Source of the DNA: an uncultured virus (IMG/VR IMGVR_UViG_3300049491_001058)
Lineage: Duplodnaviria > Heunggongvirae > Uroviricota > Caudoviricetes
Reading direction: 5' to 3' (one strand)
Virus record (IMG/VR): IMGVR_UViG_3300049491_001058
DNA length: 64,000 nucleotides
Shown: positions 1 to 8,508 of the stretch, one piece after another
Numbering within the stretch: the stretch's first letter is position 1
Layout of the letters: each line of letters starts with the position of its first letter
Program-made: the position numbers and the translations under genes
Notes under the pieces: generated by a model
Databases searched by the model: none
Told to the model about the DNA's origin: nothing
What the model saw: only the letters and a program-made list of their open reading frames with translations

Positions 1-660
1 GAGCAGGAGCGTCGACCAAACAGAGAGTTAAGGAGAGGCGAACTGGATGCTCGAACAGTGGAACAAATAAGAACAGCGGTCGAGTCTCGGATCGCCGCGT
101 CAAACGAAGACGGCTTGCCTTATAGGAGTCTTATTGAAGAAATGGAGAGGAGAGCTGGAACACTTAGACCGGTGCCCACGCCTCAAGCCCCAGAAGACGT
201 AACTCGCGGCGCTCAGGCGGAGAGAACAAGATGGTTAAGACGTGGTGAACTAGATGCTCGAATGGCGGAGCAACTGAGTATCGCCGAGATGGATTTGACG
301 CAAGAAGAGAGGTCGCGGGCGAGAGAGTTAGGGCAGGCCCGGATAAGGTCCTTGTTCGGCACTCAAAGTGGCTCTGTGCTACTGACAGAAGCGGAATTGC
401 GCCAAGCCTATTCAGTCGCGTCTCAAATAAATGGGATAGAGGACATCTCTCTGCAGGAGGCAATGCAATCAATGAGATACTTACACGCCCCCTCTCCTTT
501 TTTTGCGGAAACTGTCTCCACTCTTTCTGTTCCGTCAGAACCAGCAAAGAGGCAAACAGAGGAAGCTTTCGAATTTCACGTTACAGCGACAGACTGTTTC
601 GTCGAAATAGACGAGAAAAACGATTTCCCGCCAGTCCTGGTTGATGGACTAGATGAATAA
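1..660 (+). CDS. Hypothetical protein, 5'-truncated by the window edge
   Basis: Frame is open from base 1 (EQERRPNRELRRGELDART...), upstream of the GTG at 58; the peptide LRRGELDAR occurs twice. Confidence 0.7.
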   Translation, partial: EQERRPNRELRRGELDARTVEQIRTAVESRIAASNEDGLPYRSLIEEMERRAGTLRPVPTPQAPEDVTRGAQAERTRWLRRGELDARMAEQLSIAEMDLTQEERSRARELGQARIRSLFGTQSGSVLLTEAELRQAYSVASQINGIEDISLQEAMQSMRYLHAPSPFFAETVSTLSVPSEPAKRQTEEAFEFHVTATDCFVEIDEKNDFPPVLVDGLDE

Positions 661-682
661 CCGTTGGGATAAATAAATTGAG

Positions 683-711
683 TTGAGAAAAGTAAAACCA
701 TTTGATAAACT
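683..711 (+). promoter_or_regulatory. Sigma70-like promoter (TTGAGA-17-TAAACT, extended -10 TG)
   Basis: Hexamers at 683-688 and 706-711; ATG lies 9 nt downstream. Confidence 0.55.
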
Positions 712-720
712 ACAAACCAC

Positions 721-1155
721 ATGATCACAATCACAGTTAAAGACGGATTGAAGCCAGTTGCCGAGATCGACTTCCGCCCACATCAACGTCGCGCCTCTCC
801 GGTCGGCGCCATTCTCTTGGAAGCGCAGGAATTCATTAACCGCAAGTTCCGAGAGTTGGCTTCGCCACCAGAACCGCTGAAGGAGCTTTCTGTTGAAGAC
901 AAGGATGAGACTCACACTCCTGTTGGTTCCGTTAAGGTTGCCGAGACAGAGATAGTCACTCAGCCAGTCGCCCCTGCTCCTGCTCCTGCTCCTGTTGAAG
1001 AGTCGGGACCTGTTGGCGCCGGATCCGAAGAAAAGAAGGACCTCTCAGCAGAGGTAACCAAGGATGAGGAAGCCAAAGAGGAGACAAAGAAAATCGAGCC
1101 AGCGAAAACTCCTTCTACGGCAAAACAAGCAAAGGTCGAGCCTCCCGCAAAGTAA
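721..1155 (+). CDS. Hypothetical protein with Pro/Ala/Glu/Lys-rich disordered C-terminus
   Basis: 144-aa ORF flanked by a promoter-like sequence and a terminator. Confidence 0.75.
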   Translation: MITITVKDGLKPVAEIDFRPHQRRASPVGAILLEAQEFINRKFRELASPPEPLKELSVEDKDETHTPVGSVKVAETEIVTQPVAPAPAPAPVEESGPVGAGSEEKKDLSAEVTKDEEAKEETKKIEPAKTPSTAKQAKVEPPAK

Positions 1156-1178
1156 GTTAATTTCCGCAACCAACAATA

Positions 1179-1214
1179 GAAGGGTAGAGGGAGGAATCCT
1201 TCTACCCTTTTTTG
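1179..1214 (+). terminator. Intrinsic terminator
   Basis: agggtagaggga-ggaa-tccttctaccct hairpin followed by a T-run. Confidence 0.8.
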
Positions 1215-1252
1215 TTGCGCGGTTTGTGTTCTTCGAGCTATATTGCTCGACT

Positions 1253-2257
1253 ATGATGGCACAACTTTTATCCTCCCCAACATTTTGGAATAAACTTGCG
1301 GAGGTAGATTCATCGCCGCCAACAAGTGAACAGAACTCTGTGGTTTTGCGAGAGTTTGTCACTCAGCTAAAAATAGCTGGCCTGTCGGATGGACAGATTT
1401 ACGGGATTGTTCTTGGAGCGGCAGAAGGTTTCGCGAAGATAGCGGACAATGAGACTGCGCCAGCTACCCCTCCAGCAGTTACCCCTCCGGCAGCTACAAA
1501 ACCAGTTACTCCTCCGGTGGATCCTGTCGCGCCAGCTCCAGCCGTATCAGCCTTCAAGGGAATAAAGGCACCAGGGCTCTTGCCTGGATTGCCTTCGTTG
1601 GCGCCTAGTGCCAGAAACGTGGATATATTAAAGGGGTTAGCCAATCCAGGAGAACAGGCCTTGTTGGCTGTTTCTCCGTTGGTTTCTGCAGCCAAGAACC
1701 TTATGCCTGACTCTGTTAAGGCGACCTATGACACGCCGGCCCTTGTCAGAACAATTAACGATACTGGAGATAAAGAGCATCCCATGATGTCCTCTATCGT
1801 GGATCAGTTTTTTGATAAAAACAAGCCTCTGGATCAGGACCAGAAAGCAGAAATGTACAAGAACTTCCATGAAGGTCACTATCTTGACGCGGCCAAGCAA
1901 TTTGGAGAGAAATTCATGGCAAATGATACAGTCAAGAGCATCAGCAATTATGCTGTTCCAGCCTTGGCTACTATAGCCGCTTCTCGTCTCGCTGGCGCTG
2001 GATGGGGAGGCTCATTGGCTGCTGGCGCAGGCGCAGGGTACGCTTATGGCAATAATGTCGGCGGACTCAAGGACTGGATGAATACACCTTCCGCTCCTCC
2101 GGTAACTCCTCCACCAACTACAACAGCAGCTCCTTCCCCCCAACAAAAAGAAGCTCCTGCCGCAGGAGCCGGTCCAGCTACTGGCGCAGAGAAGACAAAG
2201 AAGGACACGGTGGCTCACGCCAACTCAATCAGAATTCCGACAAGTAATTTTGCTTGA
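1253..2257 (+). CDS. Putative virion-internal protein (K-x-A motifs, glycine zipper, Pro-rich linkers)
   Basis: Start moved from 1064 to ATG 1253 (after the terminator and a TTGCGC-18-TATATT promoter); KLA, KIA, KIA motifs; GAGWGGSLAAGAGAGYAYG helix. Confidence 0.65.
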   Translation: MMAQLLSSPTFWNKLAEVDSSPPTSEQNSVVLREFVTQLKIAGLSDGQIYGIVLGAAEGFAKIADNETAPATPPAVTPPAATKPVTPPVDPVAPAPAVSAFKGIKAPGLLPGLPSLAPSARNVDILKGLANPGEQALLAVSPLVSAAKNLMPDSVKATYDTPALVRTINDTGDKEHPMMSSIVDQFFDKNKPLDQDQKAEMYKNFHEGHYLDAAKQFGEKFMANDTVKSISNYAVPALATIAASRLAGAGWGGSLAAGAGAGYAYGNNVGGLKDWMNTPSAPPVTPPPTTTAAPSPQQKEAPAAGAGPATGAEKTKKDTVAHANSIRIPTSNFA

Positions 2258-2264
2258 TCCCAAA

Positions 2265-3842
2265 ATGAATAAGCTCCAGAAAATCGCCGACCTTTTAGCT
2301 ATGGTCGCCCAGTCTGCTCGCCTCCCCGGAGAGGTGGGGGAGATTGCGCATGCTGCAACCGGCCTATCCGCTAACGCCGCCTCAATAAAGAGCACGACTG
2401 CTGGAGAAAGAGTGATGGATAAAGTCGTAAACACGACATCAGGAGTATCGTCCGCTGTTGATACCGCAAACGAGGGGATGACCCGGATTAAACCACTCGC
2501 TACGCTGGCTGGAAAGTTTGCCCCTAGAGCCGCTGCTGGAATAGGAATGGTTGCTGAAAAAATTTCACCGCCAGTATGGGCAGCGTCGACAGCTTATCAG
2601 GCAGGTAAGGTGCTCAAGCATCCGGGAGCAGAGGTGAATGCTTTCATTGCTGCGACAAACAATCAGCCCTGGTGGAGACGAGCAATCGAAGGGATCAGCA
2701 ATCCTCCGGCAGCGATCGCCGCGCCCATGAAAATAATCAAAGAGATGGGTCACGCCACTGACGAACACAATCGAACTGCGCCTATGCGTTATCAAGACGG
2801 AACGACGGTCGAAGGCTTTGATGCAGCCAATCGCCATGCTCGTGAAGTCGAGATAGAGCAGATGAAGACCAACGGCACGTATCCGTTTGGAAAGAAAGCC
2901 GCCTTCCCCCAAGAGCTATTCATGGGCGAGGACAAAGCTCCGACAATGGTTGAACAAAAGACTCACCGCAGTGAGTTTGGTGGAGTGCCTCTTCATCAGG
3001 GACAAAAGAACTGGAACTTTGCTTTGGTTCAAGACGGCCAAGATAAAATCCTTCGCCTGAGAAATGGATCGAGAGCCATGTCGCTTCGTTTTGATGACGA
3101 CATGACTCGGGAAGACTTCGGTTCCGGCAAACCTATCTCAATGACCCGGCTGGGCGACGTGACCGACAAGGAGTTTCTGTCTGGAGACAGCGTGTTCTCT
3201 AAAGGAGTGTTCCAAATTCACAAATCCTCTCCAGGATCTATCCATGCCACAATGCAGGATGGAAAGAATGGACTGACCATGATGTTCGAAGAGGGTAAGG
3301 GCGGGAAGTGGACAATGGTTCCAAAGCCAAAAAACAAACTTAGTCAGGTGGCTGGAAAGTTTGTTCGACAGGTGAGTGAGGGGAAGACGGCGGAGCTTGT
3401 TGCTCACATAGCTGGACCATCTGGATCAGGTAAAACAACATTACTGAATAAAATAAAAGATCGTTTTCCTAACTACGCTACGGCCGATATTGATGAGTTT
3501 GATGAAAACGCAGAAAGGAGCCTTGGATACAATAGAATAAGTAAAGATGATTATTCGGATGAGATGTTGAGCAATCTTCATAATGAAAAACAAAGACTGC
3601 TTAATGAGTTTTTAGACAAGAATTCAGGGCAAAAAGTTATACTCGCTGGCCACCATACAGAGGCTGGACATGTGCTTGATGTTCCCTCTCAATACAAATT
3701 CATGCTTTCCACAAGCCCTTCAGTAAGCGCAATGAGAGCTTTCAATAGAGAGAAGGGTATGCACCCAGGGAACGAAAGGCGGTTGAGTGAAATTCCTGGC
3801 GATATACAGCAGGGTGTAGAGGTAAAAAAAAGAGCTACTTAG
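2265..3842 (+). CDS. Polyvalent protein, N-terminal part, ending in a P-loop kinase domain
   Basis: Walker A motif HIAGPSGSGKTT directly after KTA; the ORF ends just after an A8 run that would join it to the next ORF. Confidence 0.75.
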   Translation: MNKLQKIADLLAMVAQSARLPGEVGEIAHAATGLSANAASIKSTTAGERVMDKVVNTTSGVSSAVDTANEGMTRIKPLATLAGKFAPRAAAGIGMVAEKISPPVWAASTAYQAGKVLKHPGAEVNAFIAATNNQPWWRRAIEGISNPPAAIAAPMKIIKEMGHATDEHNRTAPMRYQDGTTVEGFDAANRHAREVEIEQMKTNGTYPFGKKAAFPQELFMGEDKAPTMVEQKTHRSEFGGVPLHQGQKNWNFALVQDGQDKILRLRNGSRAMSLRFDDDMTREDFGSGKPISMTRLGDVTDKEFLSGDSVFSKGVFQIHKSSPGSIHATMQDGKNGLTMMFEEGKGGKWTMVPKPKNKLSQVAGKFVRQVSEGKTAELVAHIAGPSGSGKTTLLNKIKDRFPNYATADIDEFDENAERSLGYNRISKDDYSDEMLSNLHNEKQRLLNEFLDKNSGQKVILAGHHTEAGHVLDVPSQYKFMLSTSPSVSAMRAFNREKGMHPGNERRLSEIPGDIQQGVEVKKRAT

Positions 3843-3876
3843 TCTCGGGTATCAAAAAATTAAAGCTAAAAGCGTT

Positions 3877-6800
3877 TTGCAACAACTGATTGACCTTAAT
3901 CAGGCAAATAAAGGAAAGATGGCAGAAAAGACAAAGGTCTATGCTGTCGATCTTGATGGAACCCTCGCGCACAGCTACGAAGGAGAGTTCGACAAAAATA
4001 AGATAGGCAAACCGGTTTCATTGATGCGCAAGCTTGTTCGTCAGTGGATGCGCAAGGGACATGAGGTTCGTATTTTTACAGCTCGAGCCGCCAATCCAAA
4101 GAATATTCCACCAATCAAGGAGTGGTTGAAGGAGCACGGAATGGAAGGCCTTGAAGTGACAAACAAAAAGACTCCCGATATCACGACTTTTTACGACGAT
4201 CGGGCCGTGAGAGTGGAGAGGGATACGGGTAAACTAGCGTCGCTGTCGGATCATTATAAAGCAGCGGAATTAACCTACTCTCCAGAGAATGGGTTGATTC
4301 TTGATGTGGACGACATGTATGGAAACCCCACAGCCAATAGGGCTTTAGATATCAAAAGATTTAACGATCTATCCCCAAATCAGTTTACGGTCGACTCTCA
4401 CGGAGGGTCTGGATACACCAACGGCCGTGGCGGGGCGGTTGAAAATATGTTTTCCGGCCATAAAGAGAACGAAAGTCTTCGATTTATAGAAAGACCGTCC
4501 GATCGGTTTGGTCCAGCTCGTAGCGACGTGATCTATTCCCCATCACGCCTTGCGCCGATGCAATTCAACCCAGAGGCTATAAAAAACAGGCCAGGGATTG
4601 ATCAGGTTTTATCCTTAGCCTGTAACAGACAAGGGACTTGCACTCCTCAAGTGTTTGAGAGGATGCTTGGACATCCTTTAAAGCGCGTATCGATGGTTCC
4701 TCCAGGGCATTACGGATCAGGAGGGTCATCGCTCTCTAATTACGTAACCGCAGCAATGCACTCGGTTTTTGGCATAAAGGATACGGCTCCGATACATAAT
4801 TATGTAAAAGAAAATGGCCAATGGGGAGATACCGGACTTTACAAAACAAAAATTGATAGACGGATCGATGTGGCGCATCAAGCCGTGTCCCCCGTCACTT
4901 CAGTAATCTTAAACCCATCTGGATCTTTCAATAACGTGGCTCACATGGTTAACTCCGTGTTACCTAAAAGAATGCAGATTCCAGACATGAAGCCTAGCGC
5001 AACTCCGCTTGTCGAGCCTAAAACGTCATTGCCTGCCCCAGACAGAGGGGCATCTTATCGTCAAATTATGAACGCCCCTAAATCGGCCTCTCTTCTTAAC
5101 TCCGCACCGGCAAGGTTTGTCGCAGTAGGTGCAGGCATTCTTGGCATGAGAGCCCTCAAAGAGCTTCCAGACCCATACGCAGATATCGCTACGAGTACAG
5201 CCTTTGCTGGCCTCGGTGGATGGACCGGATACGAGGTTGGAAAAATGGTTCAGCACTTTAGACACCTAAAGGAAATGAACGCTGCCGAGAAGGAACACCA
5301 AGAGAAACAAGGCAAATTGGCCTCGCTGCTGGATCATTATAAGGTGGGCGAAGATCGGGAGAAAAAGAAAAAAAATAAATCCACAGCAAGCATCTTTAGA
5401 GACACCTTGCCCTGGGTTGCCGGTGCGAGTCTTGCTGGCGCAGGAGCCTCCGAAGCTGTTCGTCGCGGAATCTTTACTCCCGAGCTTCAGGACGACATGT
5501 CTGACTTTACTCGCAAGCGGGAGCTTGACAAAATTTTCAAGCCATACGCTGCCCTCCCAAAAGACGAACAGGCCGTACAAGGCATTGTGGATTACGCAAT
5601 TCAAGGAAACAGATTGCTAAATAAGAGAATGCTTTGGGGAGCACTTTCTCCGACTGAATTAATTAAGTCTGTTCGTAGCGCCCCGTGGTTGGCTGAAAAG
5701 GATCGATGGACTCCAAACTCTCAGCAACACTACGACGCCTTTGAGTCTGGTGCTCTTCCTGGGGTTGTTCGGGTTCTTGGAGAAATCTCTCACGGATGGG
5801 ATAAGGCTGATGGAAGCGGCAGTCTGCCACCTAGCTCTAATTCGGTTCGAGAGGCTTTGCGTCATTCCGTAAATGATCTCTCGGGAATTAATTATGTAGA
5901 TACATCTGGAGGCCACCCAGCGAGCAAGACAGACAGGGAGTGGTTGTTTCCAGCCGTAGGGATGGCTTCCCAGCTTTCTCCTGAAAAGCAGATGCAGGTA
6001 ATGAGATCTCTTGGCCCAAAACTAAAGCAGGAGATTGTCTCCTCAGGTCCTGACGGAGAAAAGCAGTGGGGTAACCTGATCGATGGTCTTCAAAACGCTC
6101 GAGAAGTTGTTTACGGCGGATACGGGAAACTGACAAGCGCTTTGCAAAAAGCGAATGAGCTGTGGGGGACAACAAATACAGGCCTTGCGGCTACAGGCCT
6201 TACGGCGCTAGGTGGATATGGTGCCTGGAAGTTCTTAGACAGCCTTGCAAAAAAGAAAAAAGAGAGGGCTCGTCAAGAAGTGACAGAAAAGACAGCCAAG
6301 GCTCCATCATATCTTTCTATTTTGCGTGACAGGTTTTCTGAGGCACGCAAGGATGTCCATCCATCTCCGACAGAGGCTCAGAAATCTAAAGGCAATTACC
6401 CAATGGCCCACGTTTGGATGCAAGGGCTCGACATCACGATCGAGACCCCAAAGGGCGGAGTGCGCTCCGGCACAAACAAAGAGGGTAAATCCTGGAAGGT
6501 AGTTTTGAAAAATGATTATGGATACATCCGCAATCACAAAAGAAGCCAAGCTGACGGTGATCACGTAGATGTGTTTGTTGGCCCTTATCCCGCGTCAGAG
6601 ATCGTTTACGTTGTAGATCAAAACGTCGGAGGAAAGTTCGACGAGCACAAATGTATGTGCGGCTTCTTCACTGAGAAAGAGGCCAAGGATGCATATCTTG
6701 CAAACTTCGATGAAAACTGGAAAGGATTCAGGTCCATCACGGCCCTCACTATGCGCCAGTTCAAAAAGTGGCTTGAGGATGGAGACACATCGAGTCCGCT

Positions 6801-7443
6801 GGCTGGCCAGAAATATTCCGACTTCCTGAAGACGGCGAACGAGATGGATCCTCATCCAATCCTTTCGTCCATTACGCATCATTATTTAAATAATAACCCA
6901 GCTATCGCCACGGCCGTCGGGGCAATTAAGGGCGGACTTGTAGGGGCGGCTATCCATTCGTTGCGAGCCACCAAGAAAGAGATCCTTGACGAAAGAAAGA
7001 AAATCCCGACGTGGGGAGATGATATTGGTAACGGCTTACTGATCGGCTCCGGCACGGGGCTGGCTACATGGGCCATCCCTCATGCTATGGAGGCTTATTA
7101 CGGATCGAAGCAGGGGCACATTATGGATACAGTTTTTGCTCCAATAAATGCTCCTGTCTCAGTTGCTCCTTTTCTTGGTGCCGGATATGGAGCCATAGCT
7201 GGCGGAGCGAAAGGTCTATTTAATAAGGTGAAGAAGAAGCTCACTGGAGAAACGGAAGAACGTTATGAGCTTGGAGACAGTATCATCGACGGAGCTGTGA
7301 ATGGAAGCCAACAAGCTTTGGTGGGATCCGTCAGTCTCAGTCAGGATCAAGCAGCTAGAAGAGCAATGAAAATGGCTCCGCCGGCTCCGCGAAAAATAAA
7401 TAATCGCCAACCATTGATTGGAAACAAAACTCACCTACGATAA
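3877..7443 (+). CDS. Polyvalent protein, C-terminal part: HAD phosphatase, possible caspase-like domain, membrane helices, InPase (inorganic pyrophosphatase-like) domain
   Basis: HAD motifs YAVDLDGTLA / IFTAR / FYDDRA; InPase signature PTEAQK-GNY...IETPKG...YGYI...DGDHVDVFVGP...VVDQ...FDEHK. Confidence 0.8.
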   Translation: MQQLIDLNQANKGKMAEKTKVYAVDLDGTLAHSYEGEFDKNKIGKPVSLMRKLVRQWMRKGHEVRIFTARAANPKNIPPIKEWLKEHGMEGLEVTNKKTPDITTFYDDRAVRVERDTGKLASLSDHYKAAELTYSPENGLILDVDDMYGNPTANRALDIKRFNDLSPNQFTVDSHGGSGYTNGRGGAVENMFSGHKENESLRFIERPSDRFGPARSDVIYSPSRLAPMQFNPEAIKNRPGIDQVLSLACNRQGTCTPQVFERMLGHPLKRVSMVPPGHYGSGGSSLSNYVTAAMHSVFGIKDTAPIHNYVKENGQWGDTGLYKTKIDRRIDVAHQAVSPVTSVILNPSGSFNNVAHMVNSVLPKRMQIPDMKPSATPLVEPKTSLPAPDRGASYRQIMNAPKSASLLNSAPARFVAVGAGILGMRALKELPDPYADIATSTAFAGLGGWTGYEVGKMVQHFRHLKEMNAAEKEHQEKQGKLASLLDHYKVGEDREKKKKNKSTASIFRDTLPWVAGASLAGAGASEAVRRGIFTPELQDDMSDFTRKRELDKIFKPYAALPKDEQAVQGIVDYAIQGNRLLNKRMLWGALSPTELIKSVRSAPWLAEKDRWTPNSQQHYDAFESGALPGVVRVLGEISHGWDKADGSGSLPPSSNSVREALRHSVNDLSGINYVDTSGGHPASKTDREWLFPAVGMASQLSPEKQMQVMRSLGPKLKQEIVSSGPDGEKQWGNLIDGLQNAREVVYGGYGKLTSALQKANELWGTTNTGLAATGLTALGGYGAWKFLDSLAKKKKERARQEVTEKTAKAPSYLSILRDRFSEARKDVHPSPTEAQKSKGNYPMAHVWMQGLDITIETPKGGVRSGTNKEGKSWKVVLKNDYGYIRNHKRSQADGDHVDVFVGPYPASEIVYVVDQNVGGKFDEHKCMCGFFTEKEAKDAYLANFDENWKGFRSITALTMRQFKKWLEDGDTSSPLAGQKYSDFLKTANEMDPHPILSSITHHYLNNNPAIATAVGAIKGGLVGAAIHSLRATKKEILDERKKIPTWGDDIGNGLLIGSGTGLATWAIPHAMEAYYGSKQGHIMDTVFAPINAPVSVAPFLGAGYGAIAGGAKGLFNKVKKKLTGETEERYELGDSIIDGAVNGSQQALVGSVSLSQDQAARRAMKMAPPAPRKINNRQPLIGNKTHLR

Positions 7444-7447
7444 GAAA

Positions 7448-7858
7448 ATGAAAAACATCCCCCAAGACATCGCACTTTCTGCTGCAGAGACCGCAGAGCT
7501 TTATGCACCCTATTCAGTTCAGGAGGAAATGTCCGCCCTAAAGTTGGGTTTTGCCCTAGCCCTCAGCGAGATCGGACTAACCCCGTCAGAGTTCGAACAG
7601 ATGGTGAAGGTGGCGGAAGGAATAAGCCTCAATCCAGTTAATGGCCTTCTTTCTACAGCAGAAGGACTCATTGGTCTAACAACAATGGCCGCTGGCGGCG
7701 GCGCTCTGGCTGGTGGCTACTCCGGCTATCTCCGCCATAAAGTAGAGAAAGACATGGAGGGCAAAGGAGATCCCGACCTCGTCTCTCTTCACGACAAGAT
7801 TAGGGCTTACAATGAACTGACGAGAGATCTGCGTCGGTCAAATGCTGTCGCTGCTTAA
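7448..7858 (+). CDS. Small glycine-zipper membrane protein, putative virion protein
   Basis: ATG 7448 just after the upstream stop; KVA motif; AAGGGALAGGYSGY helix. Confidence 0.65.
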   Translation: MKNIPQDIALSAAETAELYAPYSVQEEMSALKLGFALALSEIGLTPSEFEQMVKVAEGISLNPVNGLLSTAEGLIGLTTMAAGGGALAGGYSGYLRHKVEKDMEGKGDPDLVSLHDKIRAYNELTRDLRRSNAVAA

Positions 7859-7864
7859 TTTGTT

Positions 7865-7893
7865 TTGACAGGCGATTACTGAGCTGATAAACT
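7865..7893 (+). promoter_or_regulatory. Strong sigma70-like promoter (TTGACA-17-TAAACT)
   Basis: Consensus -35, 17-nt spacer, extended -10. Confidence 0.7.
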
Positions 7894-7899
7894 GGAAGC

Positions 7900-7978
7900 T
7901 CTGCGTAAGGTATAAGTTGTTGTCGAGCAATGCAGGCGTCCATCAATAGTCACTCGGGCTATTGGTGGACGCTTTTTT
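7900..7978 (+). ncRNA. Candidate ~80-nt small RNA
   Basis: Lies between a consensus promoter and a 16-bp terminator hairpin (7936-7972) with T6; no ORF inside. Confidence 0.5.
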
Positions 7979-8033
7979 GTAGCCTAGTGAAAAGCTCTTG
8001 CCTTTGTTTGCTTTGGCTGGATAAACTGAAGCG

Positions 8034-8462
8034 ATGACTGATGACCTTTTTCAACAACCTTCGCCCGGTATCGCTGGTGGCGATGAGCCCCCGGACATCC
8101 TGGAAGCAATGCGAGTTTTAGCTGGGGAAATGTCCCCAGAAGAGCTTATGCAGGGTGACTCGCCACAGGTTCCTCTAAATGCAAAGCAACGGTGGGAAAA
8201 CGGCATGCTGAAAAAGCATGAAGTTGAAAAAGCGCAAAGGGAGTTCTTCAATTACGAGATCCATGTTTTGGACTTGGCCAAGAACGAGGACGCTCGTTTC
8301 TTGGCTGATATTTTCGATAAAGCTTCTGCCGCCGGAAGCAATTATCAGATAGAGCAGACTCCGCCAAAGATAATGGGGAACAGCAAGTCCCCGAGAGGTT
8401 TTCAGGCGATTACGATCGTTAAGTTGTGGAGATTTAGAAAAGTTCTTCCCCCAACTTCGTAA
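8034..8462 (+). CDS. Hypothetical protein
   Basis: 142-aa ORF; TTGCCT-18-TAAACT promoter ends 6 nt before the ATG. Confidence 0.75.
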   Translation: MTDDLFQQPSPGIAGGDEPPDILEAMRVLAGEMSPEELMQGDSPQVPLNAKQRWENGMLKKHEVEKAQREFFNYEIHVLDLAKNEDARFLADIFDKASAAGSNYQIEQTPPKIMGNSKSPRGFQAITIVKLWRFRKVLPPTS

Positions 8463-8508
8463 ACTCGATAGTTGAAAGGCCATCGCAAAGCTTTACAGTT
8501 TCAGCATT

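Noticed and set aside
1064..1252. Longer N-terminus for the 1064-2257 ORF
   Set aside because: It overlaps the previous gene and crosses a terminator; a promoter-like sequence points to ATG 1253/1256
3393..3440. Walker A motif as terminase or packaging ATPase
   Set aside because: Short domain with the P-loop on its first strand (NMP/polynucleotide-kinase-like) and no nuclease domain
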